64,000 nucleotides of DNA from an uncultured delta proteobacterium (GCA_963724765.1 CAVRVY010000004.1:1312001-1376000); one strand, 5' to 3'. Positions 1 to 9,702 are shown, counted from the stretch's first letter. Notes: generated by a model not told the origin, from the letters alone. Made by a program: numbers and translations.

Positions 1-106
1 GACGCTCCGTCACTTCAGCAATTCGATTCAACAAAAACCCCTAATCTCGGTTCACCCCGATGTATTTGAGTCCGGCGGAAAAATTCGGCGGACATGGCTC
101 AACACG

Positions 107-122
107 AGCAATTGCTATGCCA
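107..122 (-). promoter_or_regulatory. Putative sigma54 (-24/-12) promoter pointing left, out of the window
   Basis: Minus strand reads TGGCATAGCAATTGCT, with GG and GC at the canonical spacing of TGGCAC-N5-TTGC; an AT-rich tract (120-250) lies upstream. Confidence 0.6.
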
Positions 123-454
123 TAGAGAGAAATTGCCTAAAATTGCCTATTAAAGCGATAATAAGAAGGACTTAGAATGATTAAAGTGTGGCGTTTTCGC
201 TTTTTTGTGTTGCTCTAACGCAACCTTATTTAGCTAAAAGAGGCATATTTGAGCGTCTCGGCACCCCCGAAAATCGCCGCCGCAGGACAAACGGGCCGCG
301 CGAGAGAAGCTCGACCGTGGCCGCCGGCGGCCTGGTCATGCATCGGCCAGCCACAGACGGGTAGCGACGTTGCGTAGCGGCAACAGTGAGTTGCGACCTC
401 GCGTCTCCTGCCAATAGAGGATTAAGCTAACCCACTTGTGCCAATCATACCGCG

Positions 455-469
455 TGGCACGCGGTATGC
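455..469 (+). promoter_or_regulatory. Putative sigma54 promoter overlapping an 11-bp perfect inverted repeat (446-468)
   Basis: TGGCACGCGGTATGC has correct GG/GC spacing and lies ~120 bp before the ORF at 586; CATACCGCGTG-G-CACGCGGTATG palindrome. Confidence 0.45.
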
Positions 470-585
470 GTCTCCCATCCAACGCAAAGGTTGAAGCGGG
501 ATAATTGAGCGTAGCCGATGGCGTCTTCCGACGCCTGATAGGGAAGGCACGCACCGCCCTCGGATGAGCGGCTTAAAACGAGAGA

Positions 586-840
586 GTGAGTCGAACAATA
601 TTCAAAAAACGCCTCTCGTTCAGGCGCGCCCCCGATTGGGTGCAATGCGAACTCTGCCAGCGCACCGGCGAGCATCTGCCGGCCCGCTTTGTGGTCGCGG
701 TGGACGACGAGACGGATCGGTCGGCGCCGGTCGAATCGAAAACGATCCGGCTGCTATGCGTTGATTGCTCGGCCCTGGTCGAGGGCGCGATCGACGCCGC
801 GGAGTGGAAGCGCCGAACCAACTTCAGCCTGGTCAAGTAA
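586..840 (+). CDS. Small hypothetical protein with two CxxC motifs (putative Zn-binding)
   Basis: 84 aa, CELC...CVDC, GC3-rich codons, followed by a terminator. Confidence 0.65.
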   Translation: MSRTIFKKRLSFRRAPDWVQCELCQRTGEHLPARFVVAVDDETDRSAPVESKTIRLLCVDCSALVEGAIDAAEWKRRTNFSLVK

Positions 841-922
841 TTATGGGCGTGCCGCGTGACCGCCCAGTGTGAAACAAGTTTGGAAGGGGCGGGAAGGGGA
901 CAAGGTTCCAAAGGGGGGATAG

Positions 923-950
923 AGGGGCCGGCGGCAACGCCGGCCCCTTT
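923..950 (+). terminator. Rho-independent terminator
   Basis: AGGGGCCGGCG-GCAA-CGCCGGCCCCT hairpin with GNRA loop followed by T-rich bases. Confidence 0.7.
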
Positions 951-1046
951 GCATTTCATCGTCTGCTGATGATTTCGCCCTCGCCTTCTGGGAGGAGGCG
1001 CATGGGGCTCGCCGATCTCAAATGGTTCGCGGGGCGGCGCTAACGC

Positions 1047-1616
1047 TCACGCCCGCAACAGGGGAGACGGCCCGGAGCCGATGAACTCGCGCAACCGCTC
1101 GAACCATATCAGCTTGTGTTTGAAGCCGGGGAAGCTCGCGTTGAGGCCGCTTGGGTTGGGCAGCACGAAAACTTTGGCGTCGCAAATCAACTCAAGCTTA
1201 GCGCCCGCTCCGGCACTTGCGGCCCCGGCCAGCGGCTTGCCGGAGGTCCGGGAGGCAGCCTTACCGAAGAAATCGCGGTAAATTGTCACTCCGACGAAGG
1301 CGACCACCTCGGGCCGCAGACGCCGAATCTTGATTCTCAACGTTCGCTTGCCACGCTCGATCTCTTCGCGGCTCAACTCGGCGGCGGCGCGCGTGGCACG
1401 TGGGCAGAGATTGGTGAGCGCGAGGCCGAATTCGGCGATCCGGCGATCCTCCATATGGGTCAGTTCGAGCGGCACAAGCCGGGCCGCGTACAACAGCCGC
1501 CAGAACGGATTACCGGGGCCGGCGAAGTGATGGCCCACCGCCTCGGAGCGCAAACTGGGATTGATCCCGACGAACAGCACTCGGGGCGTGGGCGTGAGAA
1601 CATCGCGAAGCGCCAC
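1047..1616 (-). CDS. mug: G/U mismatch-specific DNA glycosylase (UDG family 2)
   Basis: LFVGINPS, HHFAGPGNPFW, LPNPSGLNA motifs. Confidence 0.92.
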   Translation of the reverse strand: MALRDVLTPTPRVLFVGINPSLRSEAVGHHFAGPGNPFWRLLYAARLVPLELTHMEDRRIAEFGLALTNLCPRATRAAAELSREEIERGKRTLRIKIRRLRPEVVAFVGVTIYRDFFGKAASRTSGKPLAGAASAGAGAKLELICDAKVFVLPNPSGLNASFPGFKHKLIWFERLREFIGSGPSPLLRA

Positions 1617-1992
1617 GCGTCAATAACTATGCTACCGGCAGTGCGGAAAGAAGTATTACGGATACGAGCTAGCCGCCGCCGATCATTTGTATGTTCGCGT
1701 CTCTTCGCGCTATCTCAGTTTCCCTCACGAGCCTGCGTGCTGTGAGTGCGGTTGAAAAAGAGCCGGGCCGCGGTCAGCGCCGTAACGGCCATGAAGCACA
1801 AACCCAGGATACTCGGTGCGATCGCGCCAAACCGCCAGGAAAGACCCACATCAATGCCCGCCGAAGAGTGCGGCACCGCGCGTCAACCCGCGATCCGTCG
1901 CCCATCGGGCCAACAACGGGTATGGTCGGGTATTGTATCGTCTGCGCGAAGCCCAAAGCATCGCAAAGCCAAGCTCCGCGGAGCCAAAACCT

Positions 1993-2676
1993 ATGGATCA
2001 GATCGAACTGTTCGAGGCGATCTACTCGGCGCGCGCGCTAAGAAAGTTCCGTCCCGATCCCATACCCGACGAGGTAATCTCGAAGATCCTCGACGCTGCG
2101 ATTCAAGCGCCTTCGGGCGGCAACCGTCAGCAATGGCTGTTCGTCGTGGTGAAGGATCTAGAGCAGCGGCGCAGGCTCGCCGCCATCTACAAAAAGGCTG
2201 CGGAAATCGTCGCCGCCTTTTACGCCGCGCGCACCCGCCCCGAGCACGTGGACGAGGCAGGGTACCGGCGGATGCTCGCGTCGGGAAGCTATCTCTACGA
2301 ACACATGGATGAGGCGCCGGTTCTGCTGGTGCCGTGCATCCGGCCCGAGACGCTGAAATTCCCACCGATCGCGCAAACGGTCGATCAGACGGCGCTCGCG
2401 ACCCAGATCGATCGCACCAAGTGCGCCAGCATCTATCCGGCGGTCCAGAACATCATTCTCGCCTGTCGCGCCCTCGGACTGGGCACCGTGATCACGACCA
2501 ATCACCTCATCTTCGAGGACGAGGTCAGGGAGGTACTGGGATTGCCCTCCGAGATTCAGACGCATGCGCTGATGCCGATCGGCTATCCGCGCGGCAGGTT
2601 CGGCCCGATACGCCGCCGCCCACTCGCCGAGGTCGCTATGCTCGACCGTTTCGGCACCGCCTGGAAAGCGACCTGA
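1993..2676 (+). CDS. Nitroreductase family protein
   Basis: RALRKFRPDPIPDE, APSGGNRQQW, SIYPAVQNIILACRALGLG, PIGYP; start moved to ATG 1993. Confidence 0.9.
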   Translation: MDQIELFEAIYSARALRKFRPDPIPDEVISKILDAAIQAPSGGNRQQWLFVVVKDLEQRRRLAAIYKKAAEIVAAFYAARTRPEHVDEAGYRRMLASGSYLYEHMDEAPVLLVPCIRPETLKFPPIAQTVDQTALATQIDRTKCASIYPAVQNIILACRALGLGTVITTNHLIFEDEVREVLGLPSEIQTHALMPIGYPRGRFGPIRRRPLAEVAMLDRFGTAWKAT

Positions 2677-2717
2677 CGGGCGCCGCCGACGGCCATTGCC
2701 TGCGCACGGCCTCTAAC

Positions 2718-3245
2718 ATGCCGCCGCTAAGCCAGATCCTGACGCAGTGGCACGATTTCTACGCTCTGATCGGCGGCGCATCCGCGACCCTGGTCGCGCT
2801 GATCTTTGTTGCCGCTTCGATCGGCGCCGAAGTCTTTACCACCAAGCATCAGGCCGGCATCCGTTCTTTCCTCTCGCCGACGGTGGTCCATTTCACCGCG
2901 GTGCTGGTTATCTGCCTGCTCGCGAGCATCCCGACCGAAACCTGGATCCTTCTCGGCGCCCTTCTCGCATGCGTCGGCGCTATCGGCCTGGTCTACACGG
3001 GCTGGGTCTGGCGCAGGATGATGAAGCACGGCATCGTCGCTTCGATCGATACCGTCGACCGTTTGTGGTACGCGCTGCTGCCAATCCCGGCCTACTTGCT
3101 GGTCATAGCGGCAGGCGCAAGCCTATGGAGACGGTCTGCGTTCAGCCTCGGCATCCTCGCTTCAGCGTTGATCCTTCTGTTGCTCATCGGTATCAGGAAC
3201 GCCTGGGACATGACTGTCTGGATCATCGACCGTCGGCATCAATGA
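2718..3245 (+). CDS. Hypothetical integral membrane protein
   Basis: About 5 hydrophobic segments, WHDFY...GGASATLVALIFVA and GIRNAWD motifs; start ATG 2718. Confidence 0.75.
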   Translation: MPPLSQILTQWHDFYALIGGASATLVALIFVAASIGAEVFTTKHQAGIRSFLSPTVVHFTAVLVICLLASIPTETWILLGALLACVGAIGLVYTGWVWRRMMKHGIVASIDTVDRLWYALLPIPAYLLVIAAGASLWRRSAFSLGILASALILLLLIGIRNAWDMTVWIIDRRHQ

Positions 3246-3300
3246 GCATCCACGTCGGGATCGTCCCTCACACCGAGAGACAGCGATCGCGAAGAGAGTG

Positions 3301-4290
3301 TCATCCGCCGATCTGGTACATCGAGCGGTCGCGGGTCGAGCGACCCTCTAGCAGGTGATGGCCGGTCGGCTTGAGCTCGACCGCGCGCACCAGGATGCGC
3401 GCTACCGCTTCCATCCCGCCGCCGGAGCGAATCGCCCTGCGCACGTCCATCTCGTCGTCGTTGAGCAGGCAGAGATGGAACTTGCCGTCGGCGGTCAGGC
3501 GCATCCGGTTGCAAGTCCCGCAGTACGGCTCGCTCACGGGGCTGATGAAGCCGACCACGCCGCTCGCGCCCGGGAGCCGGTAGTTGCGCGCCTCGTCGGA
3601 GGGGTTACTCGACTCGAACTCCATCAGCGGGCCGAGCGCCACCTCGATCCGCCGTCGCGTCTCGATGTTCGAGACGTAGCGCTTGATCGAAAGCGTCGCG
3701 CATTCGCCGCCCCCGAGCGGCATCAGCTCGATGAAGCGTACGTGCCAGTCGCGTTCGAGCGTCAGCGCGGCAAGGGCGACCACGTCTTCCTCGTTGTAGC
3801 CGGCGGCCACCACCGAGTTGAGCTTGATCGGCACCAGCCCGGCCGCCTCGGCCGCCATGATGCCCTCCCACACTCGCGCGAAGCTGCCCCATCGCATCTG
3901 CCGCTCGACGGTCACCGGGTCGAGGCTGTCGAGATGGACGTTGATGCGCTTGAGCCCGGCCGCCTTGAGCGGCATCGCGAGCTTCGGCAGCAGCAGCGCA
4001 TTGGTCGTGAGCGCGAGGTCGCCGAGTCCGGGCACCGCCGCGAGCCGCTCGACAATCTCGAGCAGGTCGGCGCGCAGCGTCGGCTCGCCGCCGGTCAGGC
4101 GAAACTTACGAAATCCGACGCTGACGGCGGCGCGCACCACCAGCTCGATTTCGGCCGGCGTCAACAGCTCGTCGCGGGGCAGGAAGCGCAAACCCTCCAA
4201 CGGCATGCAGTAGACGCATCGGAGGTTGCAGTTATCGATAACCGAGATACGCAGGTAATCGATTTCGCGGTTGAACGAATCTCTTGGCAT
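3301..4290 (-). CDS. moaA: GTP 3',8-cyclase (molybdenum cofactor biosynthesis)
   Basis: YLRISVIDNCNLRCVYC radical SAM motif, CGTCNRMRLTADG..HLCL, C-terminal MYQIGG. Confidence 0.96.
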   Translation of the reverse strand: MPRDSFNREIDYLRISVIDNCNLRCVYCMPLEGLRFLPRDELLTPAEIELVVRAAVSVGFRKFRLTGGEPTLRADLLEIVERLAAVPGLGDLALTTNALLLPKLAMPLKAAGLKRINVHLDSLDPVTVERQMRWGSFARVWEGIMAAEAAGLVPIKLNSVVAAGYNEEDVVALAALTLERDWHVRFIELMPLGGGECATLSIKRYVSNIETRRRIEVALGPLMEFESSNPSDEARNYRLPGASGVVGFISPVSEPYCGTCNRMRLTADGKFHLCLLNDDEMDVRRAIRSGGGMEAVARILVRAVELKPTGHHLLEGRSTRDRSMYQIGG

Positions 4291-4551
4291 GCTTGCCTGG
4301 GGAAAGCCTGTCGCGGTTGTCCCTTCTAAGCTGGATATAGGCTGCGCTGCGAGAGCGAACCCTGTAGTTCAATTGTAGTCGGGCGCGACGCGCGCTTACA
4401 ACCACGCCTTCCCCCGGCCTGTGCTGATTGCACTTTGAAAGAGGAATTTTCAGGCGTCTCCGCCGGTCTGATTTTTCCGGCTTACGCTAGTCTGTCAGAG
4501 CGCTCCGCGATCTATTAGAGTTGGTAGCCGCGCCAAACCTTATCGCTTGCG

Positions 4552-5406
4552 ATGCCCTCTAAGACTCCCAAAGCTTCCCGCACCTCGCCTGAAAATAGTC
4601 GGCCGATCATCGAAGTAGTGGGCCTCCGCGTCGATCGCGACGCGCTTATCCTCGATTCGGTCGACTGGCGCGTTGACGACGGCCAACACTGGGTCATCCT
4701 CGGCGCCAACGGCTCGGGCAAGACTTCGCTCTTGAGCGTGCTCACCGGCTACCTCGCGCCCACCGCCGGCACCATCAGCGTGCTGGGCGAGACCTACGGA
4801 CGCGCCGACTGGCGCGAGTTGCGCACCCGGATAGGCCTGGTCAGCTCGTCGATTCGCCAGCTGATGCCGCCGCATGAGAACGCCCTCAACGCGGTCGCAA
4901 GCGGGCGGCGCGCGATGATCGGAATGTGGGGCGAAGTCGACGAGGCCGACTCAAAACGCGCCGCCGAACTTTTGCGCGAAGTCGAAGCCGAGTATCTGAG
5001 CGAACGCCCATGGCGTTTCCTTTCCCAGGGCGAGCGCCAGCGGGTGCTGATCGGACGCGCGCTAATGGCGGACCCGCGCCTGCTGGTGCTCGACGAGCCG
5101 TGCGCCGGGCTCGACCCGGTCGCGCGCGAGCATTTTCTCGCCTTCATCGAGCGGCTGCTCGGCCGCCCCGGCGCTCCCACCCTGGTCCTGGTCACCCATC
5201 ACGTCGAGGAAATCGTCGCCGGCTTTTCGCACGTTCTGGTCCTGCGCGCGGGTAAAGTGCTTGCCGCCGGTTCGCGCGAGAGCGTGATGACCTCGGCGAC
5301 GCTCAGCCGCGCCTTCGACGCGCCGCTGCGGCTGGCTGCCAATGGCGGACGTTACTCGCTTGCGGTCGACGTAGAGCTGTCGAAGGTCGCGGAACCGTCC
5401 GGGTGA
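4552..5406 (+). CDS. ABC transporter ATP-binding protein (ModF/YlmA-like)
   Basis: Walker A GANGSGKT, signature LSQGE, Walker B LVLDEP, VTHH. Confidence 0.9.
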   Translation: MPSKTPKASRTSPENSRPIIEVVGLRVDRDALILDSVDWRVDDGQHWVILGANGSGKTSLLSVLTGYLAPTAGTISVLGETYGRADWRELRTRIGLVSSSIRQLMPPHENALNAVASGRRAMIGMWGEVDEADSKRAAELLREVEAEYLSERPWRFLSQGERQRVLIGRALMADPRLLVLDEPCAGLDPVAREHFLAFIERLLGRPGAPTLVLVTHHVEEIVAGFSHVLVLRAGKVLAAGSRESVMTSATLSRAFDAPLRLAANGGRYSLAVDVELSKVAEPSG

Positions 5407-5475
5407 TTCGCAAGTTGATTTACAACTTGATTCAATCGATGTGATCGGCGAAAGCGCAACTGATTCTAAATCGAG

Positions 5476-5497
5476 CGTCACGCGGGTGACGTTTTTC
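5476..5497 (+). terminator. Possible terminator hairpin
   Basis: CGTCAC-GCGG-GTGACG followed by TTTTT, downstream of the ABC ATPase gene. Confidence 0.45.
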
Positions 5498-5666
5498 CTT
5501 ATCATCTCAACGTTTTTCCTATCGTCTCGCTGGATTAAACCTGATAGCGTTGAGGATCGGTGGCCCTTTCTTGAACGCAGGCTGCCGGGATGCGGGTTGC
5601 AGTTGCGATAGACGGCAATAGATGGGTTGAGGGGAAGCCCCCGGCGGGGCGCGGAAAAAAAATACC

Positions 5667-5819
5667 ATGGGATGGAAGCTCACGTTTGCGCTGATGCTGA
5701 TTTCGGTTGCCGTGGTTTCGGCGTTGGTCGCCGGCGGCGAATCGGAAACTGAGGCGGTGGTGCGGGACGAGGCGGCGAAGCACTTGAGCGCGCTGCGGGA
5801 TCACCTGATCAGGCGCTGA
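5667..5819 (+). CDS. Small 50-aa single-TM ORF, possibly a remnant of a sensor/chemoreceptor N-terminus
   Basis: MGWKLTFALMLISVAVVSALVAGGESETEAVVRDEAAKHLSALRDHLIRR; translated by hand, below the ORF-track cutoff. Confidence 0.35.
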   Translation: MGWKLTFALMLISVAVVSALVAGGESETEAVVRDEAAKHLSALRDHLIRR

Positions 5820-5916
5820 CCCGGCCAGAGTCAGCCAGACCAAAATTGGCAGCATACGACGGACACCGGCTCGCGCCGCGCCCGGGGACGCGTTCTGCTC
5901 GCTTCCCGGCCTCCCG

Positions 5917-8793
5917 ATGCGGCGAGAGAATTTTTTGAGCTTGCGATACCGAGTCTTTCGCGCACTCGCGCAGCTCAGCATCAAACGGCCCTACCTGGTG
6001 CTGCTCTGCGCGGTGGCGCTTTCGGTTGCCTCGGTGTTCTATACCAAGGCGCGCCTGGAGTTTCGTACCGGCCAGGACGATCTGATTACGCCCAACAGCC
6101 GCGCCTCGCGCGACTACCTCGACTACACCCGCGAGTTCCCCGACCTTGATGGCCTGATTATCGTCGTGCGCGCGGCCCCCAACCCCGCGCGCGCCGAGCA
6201 TTTCGCCGACGCGCTGGCCGCGCGGCTCAACGCCGATCACGCCAACGTCAAGACCGTCTTTTACAAGATCGACGCCGTGGCGTTCGCCGACCGCGCGATG
6301 CTCTACATGACGAGCGCCGATCTCGACGCGCTCGCGCAAAAGCTTCACGCCGCCTTTCCGATACTCGGCGGATGCGCGGCCGACCCGAGCCTCGCCGGCT
6401 TCTTCGCGATGGTCAATGCGGGAATCGACCGCCAGATGCGAGCGCAAATGCCCGCCCAAATGCAGGGCCAAATGCAGGATCGGATGCGCGCGGCCGGCCG
6501 CCCGTGGCGTCGCGCCGCCGCGGCCGCGGCCCATCCGAACGTGGCGTCCGGCGCGTCAGCCGATCCATCCACACTAGCCGCACTTGCCGCGCCTGCCGCG
6601 TTTGACATCGGCGCGATCGATACGGTGCTGGACGGGATGCTCGCCGACACCGGGAGCGCCAACTACGTCTCGCCCTGGCAATCGATGATGCAGGCGGGCG
6701 GGCAGGACAGTGCCCAGGGTCACGGCTATCTGGTCTCGGATAATGGCAAATACCTGCTGCTCCAGGTCGCGCCGGGCGACGGCGTCAAGGACGGCCCCGA
6801 TCCGACCGAGGCGATCGAGAGCGATCTGCGCGCGGTGCGCACCGCGTTTCCGGGCGTGACGGCCGGGATGACCGGCGGGCCGGCGCTGGCCCATGCCGAG
6901 GAAACCACCACCGCGCACGACATCGCACTCGCCTCGCTGATCGCGATCGGGAGCAACGTGCTGTTGCTGATCATCCCGTTCACCGCGGTGGTCGAGCCAT
7001 TGTTTGCGGTGCTGGCGCTGCTGGCCGGCGTGGCCTGGTCGTTCGGCTTCACCACGCTCGCGATCGGCCATCTCAACCTGCTCTCGGCGGTCTTCACCAG
7101 CGTGCTGGCGGGAATCGGGATCAACTTCCCAATCCATCTGATGGCGCGTTACGACGAGGCGCGCCGCCAGGGCGCAACCTCCGCGCAGGCGGTCGAACTC
7201 GCGGTCGTCAACACGGGCACGGGTGTGTTCGCCTCGGCCTGTATCATGGCGCTCGCCTTTCTGACCCCGGTATTCACCGACTTCCGTGGGATTGCGGAGC
7301 TCGGAATCGTCTCGGCCGCCGGACTGTTCCTGTGCCTGGTTTCGGCGCTGCTGGTTTTCCCCGCGCTGGTGGTGCTGCGCGATCGCTATCGCCCCACCCG
7401 CACCCGGCCGCAGCTTGCGCCGCAGACGCGCGCCTCGATCCTCGAAGCCGCCTTCCGCCGGCCGGGGTTGATTGTCGCGGGCGCGGTGGCGATCACTGCC
7501 GGCGCGCTGCTGCTGACCGGCCGTGTCAGCTTCGACCAGAACCTGCTCAAGCTGCAGGCCGAGCAGACCGAGGCGGTCAAGTTCGAGAACCTTCTGCTCA
7601 AGGATTCGGGGCGCTCGTCGTGGTTCGCGGTCTCGCTCGCGCCGTCGATGGAAGCGGGCGAGACGCGCGCGGCGGCCTTTCGCGGGCTGCCCGAGGTCTC
7701 CGACGTCGAAACCATCTCGACCTATGTCCCCGACGACCAGGCGGCCAAGCTCAAGACGCTGCACGCGCTGAGCGCGATGCTCGCGCCGATCAAGATGGCG
7801 CCGCTAAGCCATCCAGGCGACTCCGCCCGGCTCGCGCACGAGCTCGGCCAGTTGGCCGGCCGGCTGACGCAGATGGCGCCCGCCGACCCCTCGGGCGCGG
7901 CGGCTAAGACCGCATCCCTGGTGCAGGCCGCGCTGGACCGGCTCAAGCGCGACCCGACGGCGTTTGCGGGCTACGAGGCCAGCACCAATGCTGATCTCCG
8001 CGCGCGTCTTGGCGAACTCAAGCACGATCTCAAGCCCTCCGTGGTGACGGCCGCCGACCTGCCCAAGGTCGTGCGCGAACGTTTCATCGGAAAGAGCGGA
8101 CGCTTCCTGGTCCAGATCTATCCGCGCGGCGACGTGTGGGAGGACGCGGCGCTAAGCCGCTTCATCGGCGCGCTTAAGACCGTCGACGAGGACGTGACTG
8201 GGCCGCCGGTCCAGACCTACAACATCGCGACCGTGATGCGCCGCGGCTATGAGCATGCCGCCATGCTGGCGCTAATCGCGGTGTTCGTTTTCGTCTTCGC
8301 TGATTTCCGCAACCTGCGCGACACGGCGCTGGCCACCGTGCCGCTGTTGTTCGGCGGGGCCTGGATGCTCGAAGCGATGGGAGGGATGGGCTGGGGATTC
8401 AACCTGGCCAATCTGTTCGCGGTCCCGATCCTGATCGGCACCGGCGTCGATAACGGGGTCAACATGCTCTACCGCTGGCGCGAGGAACGCGACAAATCGC
8501 CGCTGATCCTGACCAAGGCGGTGGGCAAGTCGGTGACTATCTCTTCGCTCACCACGATCGCGGGCTTCGCTGCGTTGATTCCGGCCCAGCATCGCGGCAT
8601 ATCGAGCCTCGGCTGGGTGCTGAGCCTGGGCGTCACGCTGATCCTGGTCGCGACGCTGGTGGTGCTGCCCGCGATGTTCGAGCTGGTCGGACGGCGAATC
8701 GAAAGCCGCCGCGTCATGCCGCCGCCGTCGCTCGTGCCAGAAGAAGAGCCGCCGGCTCCGCCCAAGGCCGCTTCAGGCGGCCTACGCCGCTGA
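5917..8793 (+). CDS. MMPL/RND family lipid transporter, HpnN-like (hopanoid-associated)
   Basis: 958 aa with two TM clusters, MTGGPAL, GIGINFPIH, GTGVDNGV, SSLTTIAGF..L..HRGISSLG. Confidence 0.85.
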   Translation: MRRENFLSLRYRVFRALAQLSIKRPYLVLLCAVALSVASVFYTKARLEFRTGQDDLITPNSRASRDYLDYTREFPDLDGLIIVVRAAPNPARAEHFADALAARLNADHANVKTVFYKIDAVAFADRAMLYMTSADLDALAQKLHAAFPILGGCAADPSLAGFFAMVNAGIDRQMRAQMPAQMQGQMQDRMRAAGRPWRRAAAAAAHPNVASGASADPSTLAALAAPAAFDIGAIDTVLDGMLADTGSANYVSPWQSMMQAGGQDSAQGHGYLVSDNGKYLLLQVAPGDGVKDGPDPTEAIESDLRAVRTAFPGVTAGMTGGPALAHAEETTTAHDIALASLIAIGSNVLLLIIPFTAVVEPLFAVLALLAGVAWSFGFTTLAIGHLNLLSAVFTSVLAGIGINFPIHLMARYDEARRQGATSAQAVELAVVNTGTGVFASACIMALAFLTPVFTDFRGIAELGIVSAAGLFLCLVSALLVFPALVVLRDRYRPTRTRPQLAPQTRASILEAAFRRPGLIVAGAVAITAGALLLTGRVSFDQNLLKLQAEQTEAVKFENLLLKDSGRSSWFAVSLAPSMEAGETRAAAFRGLPEVSDVETISTYVPDDQAAKLKTLHALSAMLAPIKMAPLSHPGDSARLAHELGQLAGRLTQMAPADPSGAAAKTASLVQAALDRLKRDPTAFAGYEASTNADLRARLGELKHDLKPSVVTAADLPKVVRERFIGKSGRFLVQIYPRGDVWEDAALSRFIGALKTVDEDVTGPPVQTYNIATVMRRGYEHAAMLALIAVFVFVFADFRNLRDTALATVPLLFGGAWMLEAMGGMGWGFNLANLFAVPILIGTGVDNGVNMLYRWREERDKSPLILTKAVGKSVTISSLTTIAGFAALIPAQHRGISSLGWVLSLGVTLILVATLVVLPAMFELVGRRIESRRVMPPPSLVPEEEPPAPPKAASGGLRR

Positions 8794-8798
8794 CCGCG

Positions 8799-9131
8799 TT
8801 ACCCGGTAATCGGCTTTTCCGGCTCGGCCACGCAGTGCGCGCAGCGGCAGTTCGCACGTAATTGGACCGTGGTGTAGAGCGTCTCGTGACCGTCGATCCA
8901 TCCCAGGAACACGCCCTGCTCGCCCAGGCGCGATAGCTGTGACAGACGCTGGCTGGCGGGCGGTATCTCGCCCGCGATCGCGCCGCCGCAGGCCATGCAC
9001 GGGCATCCGCGGCGCAGGCTCTCCAGCGGATAGATACTGTCGTGGCCGTCGGCCCATCGCACGCCGATCGCATAGCGGCCCACTTCGTTGAGTGCGGCGA
9101 TTCGGGGCGTCTTTGACTTGTTCTGCGGCAT
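8799..9131 (-). CDS. DUF971 / gamma-butyrobetaine hydroxylase N-terminal-like protein with two repeats
   Basis: VGRYAIGVRWADGH..LRRGCPCMAC and LGWIDGH..LRANCRCAHC; start ATG 9131. Confidence 0.8.
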   Translation of the reverse strand: MPQNKSKTPRIAALNEVGRYAIGVRWADGHDSIYPLESLRRGCPCMACGGAIAGEIPPASQRLSQLSRLGEQGVFLGWIDGHETLYTTVQLRANCRCAHCVAEPEKPITG

Positions 9132-9225
9132 TGTTGCACTCTTTGTTGGAGAATAATTATAGCATTGCGCGCGTACCGCACTGCCACAAGGGCGCGGGCG
9201 GGCCGGCGATGGAGGACGAAAACCC

Positions 9226-9702
9226 ATGGACGAGAATGCAAAAAAGAAAGCGCTCCTGATGATCCCATACGGACTGTTCGTGCTCGGTGCGCGCCACGGC
9301 GACAAGCAGACCGTCGCGACCGTTAACTGGCTGACCCAGGCAAGCTTCAAACCGCCGCTGGTGGTGGTCGGTATCAAGGCCGACTCGACCGCGCATGCGC
9401 TGGTCAAGGAGTCCAAAATTTTCACCCTCTCGATGCTCGGTGCCGGCCAGAAATCGATCGGCACCGCGTTCTTCAAACACGTCGAGTCCAAGGACGGCAA
9501 GTTCGGCAACTTCGCCTTCGAGGCGGGCAAGAACGGCGCACCGATAATCAGCGAGGCGCCGGCCGCGGTCGAATGCAAGGTGGTCGGCTTCCACGAACTT
9601 GGCGACCATAGCGTGGTGATCGGCGAGGTCACCGAGGGCCATCTCAAGCGCGAGTCCGAACCGCTGACGCTGAAGGAGTGCGGCTTCAACTACGGCGGCT
9701 GA
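9226..9702 (+). CDS. Flavin reductase-like protein (FMN-binding split barrel)
   Basis: IPYGLFVL, NWLTQASFKPPLV, GDHSVVIGEV; GGAGG RBS. Confidence 0.9.
   Translation: MDENAKKKALLMIPYGLFVLGARHGDKQTVATVNWLTQASFKPPLVVVGIKADSTAHALVKESKIFTLSMLGAGQKSIGTAFFKHVESKDGKFGNFAFEAGKNGAPIISEAPAAVECKVVGFHELGDHSVVIGEVTEGHLKRESEPLTLKECGFNYGG

Noticed and set aside
8799-9689. 296-aa minus-strand ORF as one protein
   Set aside because: The upstream part is antisense to the flavin reductase gene; only 8799-9131 has domain features
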